Positions 12,836 to 24,619 of a stretch of DNA of 64,000 bases are shown in pieces. The stretch lies in contig NC_043001.1 in the NCBI RefSeq assembly GCF_006345805.1, positions 2,418,001-2,482,000 on the forward strand, given 5' to 3'. The DNA is from Octopus sinensis. Taxonomy: Eukaryota. Position numbers and translations under genes: made by a program. The notes beneath the pieces were generated by a model that saw nothing but the letters and a program-made list of their open reading frames with translations, had not been told where the DNA came from and made no database searches. Numbering within the stretch: the stretch's first letter is position 1; each line of letters begins with the position of its first letter.

Positions 12836-13019
12836 GCATAAACATGAGATGTGAGTTATATAATATTTAAATGAGATTCACAAAGATTAATCACGAGCAG
12901 AACAGAAAGCTGAATCTGTTAGTTTGGGGATTGTTTGCACCCCCCCTCCTCGGTTGCATGTTTGTCATCGTATTTAGAGAGAGAGTGAATGCTTCCAATC
13001 CTCTCTAAGTAATACATTT

Positions 13020-13170
13020 GCGAGCTCAAAGCATTTTGTCTGTCTGTACATTCAGAGTTCAAATGCTGCCGAGGTAGACTTTGCCTTTCATTCTATTGGA
13101 ATCAACAGAATAAGTACCAGTGGAGTACTGGGGTCGATGTAATCAACTTACCCCATCCCACGGAACCATT
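13020..13170 (+). mobile_element. Deu/Nin-like tRNA SINE copy (decayed)
   Basis: gagttcaaatgctgccgaggtagactttgcctttcattc...aagtaccag...ggggtcgatgtaatc. Confidence 0.7.
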
Positions 13171-13344
13171 AGCCAAAGTTTGAAATCATTATTTTCTAAT
13201 ACATTACAATGTTCTAAAACAAAACCAACCCATGCCAGCATGGAAAATGGACATTAAATAATGATGATGATGATGATGATAAATGTATGTGAGTATATAT
13301 ATATATATTGATAGATATAGATATATACTCACATGTATATATAT

Positions 13345-14388
13345 TTATATTGGCCCTGCTCAATCTGTAGGAAAGGTGAAGGTAGAAACTCCATAGGATG
13401 TACCCAGTGTAAGCTATGGATGCATAAGAGGTGCAGCAATATCAAAGGAAAATTAACTGAGAAGATAGATTTCCTGTACGGCAGATGCCCGGGGGCAATA
13501 GACACCACAGATACTCAGAAAACAGATTCCATCACACTCCAGGGGGAGAAACTAGAAGTAGTTGATAGTTTCCGCTACCTGGGTGACCAAGTTAGTAGTG
13601 GAGGTGGATGCTCAGAGAGTGTTACCACTAGAATACGTATAGCCTGGGCAAAGTTTAGAAAGCTTCTATCCCTACTAGTGACAAAGGGTATCTCACTCAG
13701 AGTGAAAGGTAGATTGTACGACACATGTGTGTGTACTGCCATGCTTCACGGTAGTGAAATATGGGCCGTGAGTGCAGAGGACATGCGTAGGCTTGAAAAA
13801 AATGAAGCTAGCATGATCCGCTGGATGTGTAATGTCAGTGTGCACACACGACAGAGTGTAGGTGCCCTGAGAGAAATGTTGGACATAAGAAGCATTGGAT
13901 GTGGCGTGCAAGAGAGACGTCTGCGCTGGTATGGTCATGTACTACGGATGGATGAGGAGAGATGTGTGAAGAAGTGCCACTCCCAAACAGTTGAAGGAAT
14001 CCGGGGTAGAGGTAGAGCCAGGAAGACATGGGATGAGGTGGTCAAGTATGACCTTCGAACGTTGGGCCTCGCATAGGCAATGACGAAAGACCGAGACCTC
14101 TGGAGATATGCTGCGATTGCGAAGACCTGACAAATAACGTGAGTTCATGGCTGCTTCCTGCACCAGCTTCACATAGAAGCCTCAGCCCATCCAAAGTACC
14201 TTGGATCACTGGACGGCCTGCTGTGCTTACCTTGGATCGTAGGGTGACCTGCTGTGCTTGAGGAGACCTATTGAGACAAGTACATCAGCATCAAAAAATC
14301 AAATGGAAATTGTAGTTGTGATACCTGTGCCGGTGGCACGTAAAATGCCCCATCCAAACGTGGTTGATGCTAGTGCCGCCTTGACTGG
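13345..14388 (+). mobile_element. RTE-clade LINE 3' fragment (PHD-type finger, RT C-terminal motifs and 3'UTR)
   Basis: ORF 13333-14076: CSICRKG...CTQCKLWMHKRC...LEVVDSFRYLGDQVSSGGGCSESVTTRIRIAWAKFRKL...RRLRWYGHVLRMDEERCVKK...GRGRARKTW, typical RTE C-terminus; 5' end lost in a TA array. Confidence 0.9.
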
Positions 14389-14605
14389 TTTTCAGGACAT
14401 TTATAATGAAATAGCCTTACAGCTTTTTCTGGGATATTATGAATATCCCTTCACCAGAGATGGTGTGAAAAAATAATTGATTTGGAATTATTACAGAGAA
14501 TAATAATTCAAACTCAAATATTTTCTCTCACCGTCTCTGATGAAGGGATATTCATAATATCCTAGAAACAGCTGTAAGACTGTTTCATTATAAATGTCCC
14601 GAAAA
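14389..14605. other. 217-bp foldback (inverted repeat) carrying a hammerhead in each arm
   Basis: Left arm ttttcaggacatttataatgaaatagccttacagc...ggtgtgaaaaaata is the reverse complement of the right arm tattttctctcaccgtctctgatg...cattataaatgtcccgaaaa, with scattered substitutions. Confidence 0.9.
14533..14580 (+). ncRNA. Minimal type I hammerhead ribozyme, PLE-type
   Basis: gtct-CTGATGA-agggatatt cat aatatcct a-GAAA-C AGCT G-TA-agac; stem I gtct/agac, palindromic stem III, GUA cleavage triplet. Confidence 0.7.
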
Positions 14606-14813
14606 CTCCTCACGGCCTTGGCTTTGCTATCTCATTCTGCCTAATATATATATATGCATGCTAGTACAAGACCCACGTTAGACTCCTCACTCATATCACT
14701 ATCAAACCAAGTGTTTAACTCTGGTCTGTCCATAGCACTTACTTAGCATTACCTGCCACTCGTTTGGTCTTCTAGATACCAATACCTCTCATATATATAT
14801 ATATATATATATA

Positions 14814-14867
<54 letters not shown>

Positions 14868-15795
14868 CACACACACACATATATATATATACATGTTCTG
14901 CACTGGTCTACAGATTGAACCTGAGATCTTTTTACTGCTGCTGTGTTGTTTTATTGTTTATTGTTCGTTGTTGTTTGTTGTTGTTGTTGTTGTACAAGTC
15001 TAGTCTCTACAGAACAAAACAAAAAGACAAAAAATACAAGCAAACAAAGGTTAATTTATAAACTTAATCCAACTTTTGCCATTAGAGAACAAATGATATT
15101 AAATGAAGAGATGAGAATATTTCCTGATAAGAATAATGTTCTTTTGCGCAGTGTCATTGCATAGGAAAAAATTTAATATATTGTAACGGATATCTCCGTG
15201 AGATATTTAGTGTTATCATACAGATCAATGATTGCTTGGAATAATCTTGGTTAGTTTACCAAATGTTCCAGTCAACTAGCTAACTCCAATATAAATTGTC
15301 CATCTACTGCAACGTGATCTCCTACTATATTACACAGATAATGTAATTCCTCTGCATTTAATTTCATATTACAAATGAGAACTTGAAATCTCCGTGAATT
15401 TTTGTTTTAGTTTTGGGACAAGACCATTGTTCTTGCTTCGTCTGGCAATCATTGTTGTATCTTTTAAGTAATCACAAAACATAGGGCGTATTGTTTTTAT
15501 GTGGAGGGCGCAAGAATGGCTGCGGGGTTACAGTGCTCACTTTGCAACCGGATGGCTTTAGGTTCAGCACATAGTGCAGATTTAGTCCATGATAGCTGTA
15601 AGCAGACTGAAGCATTGTGAGTACAGAAAATCAGCAGGAAACTATAAAAAACCTGTTGGGTGTGCGTGTATGTGTTTGCATGCGTGCATGCATGTGTGTG
15701 CGTGCATGTGTGTGTGTCTGCGTGCATGTAAGTGTCTGTGTGTTTTTGTCATCTTGTTTTAATAGAATGCACTAATTATAAATAAAAGTAGACAC

Positions 15796-16185
15796 AGGAG
15801 TGGCTGTGTGGTAAGTAGTTTGCTTACCAACCACATGGTTCCGGGTTCAGTCTCACTGCGTTGCACCTCAGGCAAGTGTCTTCTACTACAGCCTCGGGCC
15901 GACCAAAGCCTTGTGAGTGGATTTGGTAGACAGAAACTGAAAGAAGCCCATCGTATATATATATATATGAGTGTATATGTTTGTGTGTCTGTGTTTGTTC
16001 CCCCAACATCGCCTGATGACTGGTGGTGGTGTGTTTACGTCCCCGTAACTTAGTGGTTCGGCAAAAGAGACTGATAGAATAGGTACTAGGCTTACAAAGA
16101 ATAAGTCCTGGGGTTGATTTGCTCCACTAAAGACAGTGCTCCAGTATGGCCACAGTCACATGATTGAAACAAATGGAAGAGTAGA
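15796..16185 (+). mobile_element. tRNA-derived SINE family A, near full length
   Basis: A-box TGGCTGTGTGG, B-box-like GGTTCAGTC, CORE-like gcacctcaggcaagtgtctt, 3' half ending near tgattgaaacaaatggaagagtag. Confidence 0.85.
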
Positions 16186-16609
16186 AGAGTGCAATGCAAA
16201 CAGTGTCAAGAATGTGCAATCTTCCATTAAAATATGACAAGCCATTGAGCTGTTTGTGCTCAGAGGATTATGGGAAATATTACGTTGCTTGATTGCAGGT
16301 GAGGGTTAGCAACAGGAAGAGCATACAGCCATAGAAAAGCTGCATGAAATAATTTCGTCTTACCATGCAAACATGGAAAATAAACACCATAACAACAACA
16401 ACAACAGTTATGAAGATGTCTGTGGGTTGGGTGGGGTGACAGGGATGATGACTATGACATTGAGAGTGATATTGATGACGATGGTGGTCTTGGTGGTAGT
16501 GGTTGTGGTGATAGTACAGATGGTGGTGATGACATCAATGACGACGAGGAGGAGGATGTAGTTGTTCTGGTTATTGTAGTCTAAGATACAATATACTTCA
16601 TTGATGATG

Positions 16610-16694
16610 ATGAAGATGATGATGATGACATGATGATGATGATGATGATGATGATGATAATAATAATAATAATAATAATAATATAATAATAATA

Positions 16695-16782
<88 letters not shown>

Positions 16783-16821
16783 AAGAAGAAGAAGAAGAAG
16801 AAGAAGAAGAAGAAGAAGAAG
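16610..16821. repeat. (GAT)n(AAT)n(GAA)n compound microsatellite
   Basis: Directly visible; abuts the 5' junction of a LINE fragment. Confidence 0.95.
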
Positions 16822-17455
16822 GAATTGGCTAAGAAGGAATATACTCACAGACACGACAGAGTTGCGACCTACATACACTGAAAGCTATGCTAACACTATG
16901 GAATAACAACAGAAATAGATGGTGTAAGCACATGCCAGAAAAGGTCACAGGAAACGAGAAAGCAACCATACTCTGGGATATGCCGATACACACAGATAGA
17001 GAAATTAAGGCCCACAGGCCAGATATAGTTGTCAGAGATCATGAAGAAAAAAATGCTTTCTTATTGATGTATCAATACCAGCAGATGACAACGTGTCTCT
17101 AAAAGAAATGGTGAAACTTTCAAAATACAAAGACCTGGAAATAGAGGTAAATCGAATGTGGAATCTAAAAACAGAAAGAATTCCAATCATAGTGGGCACA
17201 TTAGATATGATAAAAAAATATTCAGACAAATACATAACAAAAGCACCAGGACTTACAAATATATATAACATACAGAAAATTGCACTACTAGGCACCGCAC
17301 ACATCCTACGTAAAGCAATTTCAATACAGTAACCATAAGAGCATCACAGCAAGCCACAGCACATACCCAAGACACACAGAGCTGCGCTCGGTAGTGAAGT
17401 GAAAGCACGCTATAAAAATAAAATTACTGAATAATAATGATAATAATAATAACAA
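16822..17455 (+). mobile_element. R4/Dong-clade LINE 3' fragment (RLE domain)
   Basis: ...ILWDMPIHTDREIKAHRPDIVV... and ...LIDVSIPADDNVSLKEMVKLSKYKDLEIEVNRMW...IQKIALLGTAHILRKAISIQ*; 3'UTR and (AAT)n tail. Confidence 0.9.
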
Positions 17456-17692
17456 TGAAATGAAATAATGGGGCATTAGTAAATGATAGTGATGATGATT
17501 TTAAATTATTTACATACTGCATAATAAATATTTAAATGTTGCACTTTGCTAATTCTGTTGGCTACAGATGGCAACAAATAACGTCATAGAATTTAACTTT
17601 CTGAGGCAAATATTGAAGCATAAAAATGTCGCTATTAAGGTTTATATTCTATTATACTTTGCAGAAACTTTCAGAAAATATTTCCCATTTTG

Positions 17693-17803
17693 TTAGTTCA
17701 ACGTTTGTTTGACATTTATTTCGATGTTAATGTTGACTGTTTGGTCATCGCATTCCACAAATATTCCAACGTCATCTTCAATGGCTTTGATCATATGCAA
17801 CAG
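17693..17803 (-). CDS. Candidate small exon, product unknown
   Basis: Pyrimidine-rich acceptor ttttctgttttctttttaccaaAG followed by LLHMIKAIEDDVGIFVECDDQTVNINIEINVKQTLN*; no homology recognised. Confidence 0.25.
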   Translation of the reverse strand: MLHMIKAIEDDVGIFVECDDQTVNINIEINVKQTLN

Positions 17804-18104
17804 CTTTGGTAAAAAGAAAACAGAAAAATATTACAAAAAAACAACTTAGCCATTCGGTAATTTCATTCAGGGAAACATTATTGATAATATTAAAGGAAGA
17901 ATTTCTTTGTTAATTGACAGATGTGATGTAGCGATCACATTACTGTCGATCGTAATTTCCTTGCAGGTGTGGCTGTGTGGGTTAGATGTCCTCCTTTGAA
18001 TCATGAGGTCTGTGGTTCACACCCAGCACTAGGACGCTGCCAGTTAGTGTTGTCTATTATAGCAGCCTCAAGGTGATGAATATATTCTAATTTTGGAAGA
18101 GAAA

Positions 18105-18445
18105 AACTGGAAGGCATTAGAGTGCAGCCATTCTGGAGCATCACCGTAAAGAATTCTAGTCAAACAAATCAATCCCAAGACCTATCTTTTTAAAGCCTGG
18201 TACTTATTCTGTTGGTCTCTTTTGCTGAACTTTTAAGTTATGGGGGTGTAACCTCCCCCACCCCAACACACACATGCACACACACTCACACACACACATT
18301 AGATGGACTTCTCTCAGTTTCTGTGTACCTAACCCACTCACAAGGTCTTTGTTGGCCCGAAGCTATAGTTGAAGACACCTGTACCACATTGGAACTGAAC
18401 CCAGAACCATGTGGACGGGAAGCAAACTCCATGGTTCTTACCATA
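18105..18445 (-). mobile_element. SINE family A copy (decayed)
   Basis: Similar to 15796-16185 in reverse. Confidence 0.75.
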
Positions 18446-18954
18446 CAGCCAAGAAATCCCTGTTATTTTGGTAGTATTTCGTTTGGGGAGACAGACCCAT
18501 AGTCTATGCTTTTGTAGGCCCTTAGAGACTTATCGCATTCGATATATTTGATATTGGTTGTTGAATAGAATGATGACAAAATGCTTAAAGAAATATTTTG
18601 TTTCCAGTTACTGAACAGGACCTCTCCTGAAGAATATCTTTGTTTGAAAATATTTACAGCCAAATAAGTCATTACAAAGAAATCAACCCTGGATTATCTA
18701 CAAAGTATCTTCAACGTTTTGAACCCAACAAATTGTTCTCGTTGCAATGCTAAAATAAGGTCTTGGCATTCATATCTAAGTCACACTTTCAGCAAAGTTT
18801 CGATTTCCTTAATTTTCAACTTTTATAAATGATTGACAACGTTAATGTAACTAAGAAGAATCTAGAATAATCACTCATTATATTAAACGAGGCAATGCAT
18901 ACGTATACTAATATATCTATATAAATGTATACACACACACACATATATATTCGT

Positions 18955-19150
18955 CATGATTGATTGCTAGCCACTAAACCTTTTTTTATTTTCCCGTCTG
19001 TTTATTTCTGTGTTTCTTTCTGTTGAAGAGCATAGGTTCGGATTATAAAAGACTTACTCATGTCCCGAGCGTTAAGCTAATATTTGTTGTTTACAGACCT
19101 GTCTTCATCTTTTCTTTTGTTTTGATTTTTTTTGTAAATTCCAACTATAT
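18955..19150 (+). mobile_element. Short repeat family D (hammerhead-like, PLE-terminus-like), decayed copy
   Basis: ctttctgttgaagagcataggttcggattataaaagac...; related copies at 29200, 36625 and 50415. Confidence 0.65.
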
Positions 19151-19199
19151 ATCATCATCATTGTTTAACGTCCACTTTCCATGCTGATATGGGTTGGAC

Positions 19200-19255
<56 letters not shown>

Positions 19256-19324
19256 GTTTTATGTTTGTCTATGTTTTCCAGTTTCAGCTCTTCAGCTGAG
19301 GCCATGCTGGGGCACCGCCATTTA

Positions 19325-19458
19325 GTAGGGTACGCTGGAGACTCGTGGAGCTTTAGGTGCTTTCACTCAATAAACACTCACAACACCCCTTTCTGGGAAT
19401 CGAAAGCGCGATCCTACGACCGCGAGTCTGCTGCCCTAACCACTGGGTCATTGCGCCT

Positions 19459-19460
<2 letters not shown>
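19325..19460 (-). mobile_element. tRNA-derived SINE family E
   Basis: Minus strand GGCGCAATGACCCAGTGGTTAGGGCAGCAGACTCGCGGTCGTAGGATCGCGCTTTCGATTCCC. Confidence 0.75.
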
Positions 19461-19497
<37 letters not shown>

Positions 19498-19837
19498 TAA
19501 AAACGTTAAGATAACAAAAGAAAGAAAGAGACCTCAATATTATGTAAATATTTTTTCAGATGACCAGATAACCGAAGAGATGGTGTTGTGGATTTCCACC
19601 TCGGCATCCAAAACTCAGTGTTTTACCTTGTCTATTGAATAATTGACTCATATTATTTTACAAATATATATATATAGGTAACACAACCTCGACTGACGAA
19701 TAGTGCTTTCTTACCTTCATTAATACAGAGGTTTTGTGCCTCCAGCCAGCAGGTCTCATGAGCTGCTTATTTTGCTAGGATGCAAACCCATTGGTAAGTT
19801 GTTGACTGGCCATAACTAACAGCTACATTAAATATAT

Positions 19838-19909
<72 letters not shown>

Positions 19910-19972
19910 TTAAATATCTATCTGTTTAGCTATCTATCCATATATATATATATATATATAATATATATATAT

Positions 19973-20408
19973 ATACGTAAACAAAGTCAAATGCGATACA
20001 ATAAATTTAATTATTATCGCCGGTGTTCTAGGACACGCCATATATTATTCATATATAAGTACATTAAAAGGCGAAGTGTGTACTAGATACACAAAAGCTG
20101 GATAAATTTAATGAGATGAAAATTAAAAACTTTTACAAACTTAGTTCTTCTTAGACTGCAGTTTCGCCTATTTCAGCAATAAAAATAATATTTATTTACT
20201 CAGGTAGGCTCTTCAGTAAGATTCCTGTTGTTATGGGAAGCGCATATCAATAGAGGCACATGCGTCTATTAAATTGCTCTTTCTAAACTATTTAAATCAC
20301 TGCGCAGACTCAGAACGTACCCGACAAAATAGGGTTTTCTGGTATATCGTCTAACGCTCAAAAATTTATCGAGAAAATACGTAAACAAAGTCAAATGCGA
20401 TACAATAA
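19973..20408 (-). mobile_element. Non-autonomous hammerhead-containing unit with 32-bp direct terminal repeats (PLE pseudo-LTR/retrozyme-like)
   Basis: atacgtaaacaaagtcaaatgcgatacaataa at 19973-20004 and 20377-20408 (period 404 bp), embedded in (TA)n, HHR inside. Confidence 0.7.
20149..20221 (-). ncRNA. Type I hammerhead ribozyme with perfect catalytic core
   Basis: Minus strand tctta-CTGAAGA-gccta[34-nt loop]taggc-GAAA-C TGCA G-TC-taaga; predicted GUC cleavage 3' of position 20154 on the minus strand. Confidence 0.8.
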
Positions 20409-21232
20409 TATATATATAATATATATATATTATATATATATATATATAATATATATATATATATATTATATATATATATATATGGATAAATCGGCTGAGC
20501 ACTTAGTATACGAAAATATGGTTCTCTAAATTGGGTTAAACAGGAGTCTAGAAAGCTCTCCAAATCCATTTCATATTCGATGCCAGCCGCATATTATGAA
20601 TAGATGAGGATGTAAATGGTGTAGAAATTCTCAGATTTATGTTGCAGTAATTATTCAAAGAATGCTAAATTAAACCATTTCCATCCACTGGATACCTTGA
20701 AGGGGATGTGAGGGGCATGAATAATTCATAGAACAGCATTGGTAAAAACTCTACATCTGTCAAACAAGATGCATCATATTGGATATTTACGTCGTGTTAT
20801 GGCAACTTGGTGTAGAATAACTCACTGAGTGTATATAAATAATGTGTATTGCAGTCAAACGGTGCAGAGTTGAATGGAAGGCAGACAGCAAGACTCCGAA
20901 ATATGAATGACACAGAAAAGAGCATGGATGTGTATGTATTCATCAGTCGTCTTTACAGCCACAATGAAAAGAAACCGCAACAGCAACAACAAGAATATTA
21001 TGTTCTTTCAGTCTTTATATAATTTGCATAGCTTCTTAATATCTTTCACACACGCAAACACACACGCACACGTGTATGCGTTTGTGCAAATATATCTGAA
21101 TGTATATAAGTGTCTATCTACATATGTATATATACATACACATATATATATATATATATAATATATATATATATATATAATATATATATATATACATATA
21201 TACATATACATATATATACATATACATATATA

Positions 21233-21287
<55 letters not shown>

Positions 21288-21539
21288 TAAATAGATGAGT
21301 GTATTTTTACCTTGTTAACAATTAACACGGAAAAAATAAATAAATAGTTACCAGGGCAGCAAAAATCTCACAAGTAAAGGTGTTGTAACTCCTTGTTTAT
21401 AAAGGTAGAAACTTCGTGTTTACGTTGAATATCTTGAATAATATGAATAAAAAAATGGAGTTAACGCAGGTGTAATCAAATATTTTTACTTTCGACACAT
21501 GTTTCGAAAATTCCACTGATACTATTCAAAAAAATAAAT

Positions 21540-21830
21540 GGTATAAACAATGCAATCTTCTCCTCAGGAAAGTGAAAAAAACATTTAGGGATAGAAATAA
21601 ACGGAATAGTACCGGTCTCAGCAAACTGATTTGAGATTTAAAAGACCACAATGAACAATTTCATTTAGAATGGTTGATTCTCTAAATTTCGATACCATAT
21701 GACAAAGGCAAGAAATTCTGTCTTCTTTGCAATTCTGAGCTATTTTTCATTATTTTTTCTAAAAATACTCTAGTAAACACGGTTATAGAGTGAGCATACA
21801 GATGTAAACATTGGCAAAAACATACAGTTA
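21540..21830 (+). mobile_element. Penelope-like element GIY-YIG endonuclease C-terminal fragment
   Basis: ...TFRDRNKRNSTGLSKLI*DLKDHNEQFHLEWLIL...PYDKGKKFCLLCNSELFFII...VNT...YRCKH matches the PLE ST.LSK.IW.LK...W.IL...C.LC..E...C.H pattern. Confidence 0.75.
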
Positions 21831-22052
21831 GTGCATATAAGTAGTCTCTATCATTATATATATATATACCTTGAAACTAGTCTGCAGATGCCTGACCAGC
21901 AAAAGGAAGCGGCTGACCTCCCCTGCTCGAAGGTTATAATGGACACAGGTTCGAGTGTCACATAGCTAGCTAGAGGCGATGGCTTCTTGGAGCTAATCAA
22001 CAGCAGCATTCGTCCTATATTTCTGGACTGCCATATTAGCTTGGTGATAACC

Positions 22053-22170
<118 letters not shown>

Positions 22171-22228
22171 GTATGTATATATATATATATATGCAAATAT
22201 ATATATATTCATATACATACATATATAC

Positions 22229-23125
22229 ACAAGACTGTGGAGGACATGCGCATGCTTGCAAGGAACGAAGCCAGTATGATCCGATGGATGTGTAATGTCA
22301 GTGTGCTTACTCGACAGAGTGTAAGTACCTTGAGAGAAATGTTGGACCTAAGAAGCATCAGATGTGGTATGCAAGAGAGACGACTGTGCTGGTATGGTCC
22401 TGTGGCGAGAATGGATGAGGACAGCTGTGTGAAAAATTGTCACACACTGGCGGTTGAGGGAACCTGTGGAATAGATAGACCCAGGAAGACCTGGGATGAA
22501 GTGGTGAAGCACGACCTTTGAACGTTGGGCCTCACAAAGGAAATAACTAGTGACCGAAACTTTTGGAAATGTGCCGTGCGGGAAAAGATCCGGCAAGCCA
22601 AATGATAACATAATCTCGTGGCCTATGCCAGGGGCGTTACCAGCTCACTTATGCGTTCCTTTCCTTCTTTGGACACTAAAACACTGCTTGCAAAGATCTG
22701 TTGAAGCAAGGAAAATCAAAAATCAAAATCAAATTCGATGACTGGCGTCCGTGCTAGCGAGGTGCAAAGAGCACCATACGAGTGTGATCATTGATAGAGC
22801 GGCTATCTGGCCTCTGTGCTGGTGGCACGTAAAAAACACCATTCGAGCGTGATCATTACCAGCATCGCCTTACTGGCATCCGTGCCGGTGGCATGGGTAA
22901 AAGATTAGAGCGAGGTCGTTGCCAGTGCTGCCTGACTGGCCCCATGCCGGTGGCACGTAAAAGCACCCACTATACCCTCAGAGTGGTTGGCGTTAGGAAG
23001 GGCATCCAGCTGTAGAAACTTTGCCAGATCAAGATTGGAGCCTGGTGGAACCATCTGGTTCACCAGCCCTCAGTCATACGACCAACCCATGCTATTATGG
23101 AAAGCGGACGTTAAAAGATGATGAT
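22229..23125 (+). mobile_element. RTE LINE 3' end plus complete 3'UTR and (GAT)n tail
   Basis: [18 protein letters not shown]...[19 protein letters not shown]...[14 protein letters not shown] then UTR sub-repeats and tail. Confidence 0.9.
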
Positions 23126-23232
23126 GATATACATATATGCATATATACATATACATACATATATATATATATGTATATGTATACACACACACACACACAC
23201 ACCACATATATATATATATATTATATATATAT

Positions 23233-23280
<48 letters not shown>

Positions 23281-23321
23281 TATATATACTTTATTTAAAT
23301 GCAGCAGAAATGTAACAAAAG

Positions 23322-23359
23322 CTGTTACTTGGAGTTTCACGTTCCCGTTCGTCGGACAG
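23322..23359 (-). ncRNA. Very compact type I hammerhead variant (U4 to C), within a PLE-terminus-like repeat at about 23290-23660
   Basis: Minus strand ctgt-CCGACGA-acg GGAA cgt-GAAA-C TCCAA G-TA-acag; all three stems form, GUA triplet. Confidence 0.6.
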
Positions 23360-24619
23360 TTTTGTTAAAATAGAACCGAGATAACAATTTGATCAAAACT
23401 AGCTAAACGATGCATCTTTAAAAAATGGATTTGTTTCATTGGTCCTTTCAAATAATGGTCATAGGCGAGCGATAAACAAAATAAACAAAATAAAATAAAT
23501 GAGCTCAATATAAATTATAAAAATCGAGGAAAAACCTTAAAACGAAGAGTTGATTCAAATACATATTGTCATTAATAACGTAGAAAATATATTTCGATTA
23601 ATACAATTAATACATAAAAATTGAAATTAAAATATATTAAAATATTTCACAACAGTATATACTCATACTAAACCACCAATATACATGTATACATCAAAAT
23701 ACACAGACAGATGTGCACAGACCGCATACATATACAGACATATAAATGCAAAACAAAAATATACACACAAATACATGTATACATATGTATACGCAATCTT
23801 GCTCGCATGCAAAAATCACTTTGTAAATACATATAGACTAGAAGTAAAACGCAAAGAGGGGGAAGAAAAGAAAAGGTAACGATCTTATAAGCAACAGAAA
23901 GCTAAAGACGTGAGTAAGAGAAGGGGAATGGGGCGTAAAGTTACAGGACCCTATACAAGTAACGAATAGGGAGAGAAAAATAACGAAAGAAAGGAAGAAA
24001 GAAAAAAGTCTGACTATGCATAACGAACGTTCATGTAATAAGATTATGTATACATGTGTATATAAAAGTGTATATAAGCAGTAAATGCACATATAAGAAC
24101 GCATATGTAAATACATAGAGACAAGTATGTAAAAACACATCCACACAAATCCAAGTGAATACATGCATACATATACACCCATGTATGTATATGCATAAGT
24201 ACAAACATACACGCTCACTTACACATATACATTGACGCATGCTTACAAATACATATGCATGCCAATACAAATATTCACATAAAAACATGTCTAGGGTCTG
24301 ATGTATATACAAACGACATTATTTTTTTAAAAATTGCTGAGTGCATGATAATAAAAAATTTAGATAAAAGACATTCAAAATATAGCACCCCATATTGGAT
24401 TATCTATAAATTAAATGACCAAAGTGGGTTTATACAATGCAATAAAATAAAATAAAATAATTCGAAGGTTTTTCTTAAGAAATATATCGAAATATATACA
24501 AAAACTTTACGATGCGGAATAAAACCTGCACAATACAAAACAAATCCAACAGTGTGATCAAAAACTAGTCCAAGAATAAAAAAAATCCCTAAAACAAAAA
24601 TATACGCTATCCATATGGG

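Noticed and set aside
20855-20931. Possible 77-nt exon (SNGAELNGRQTARLRNMNDTEKSMD)
   Set aside because: The pyrimidine tract is poor and there is no partner exon or homology; not supportable.
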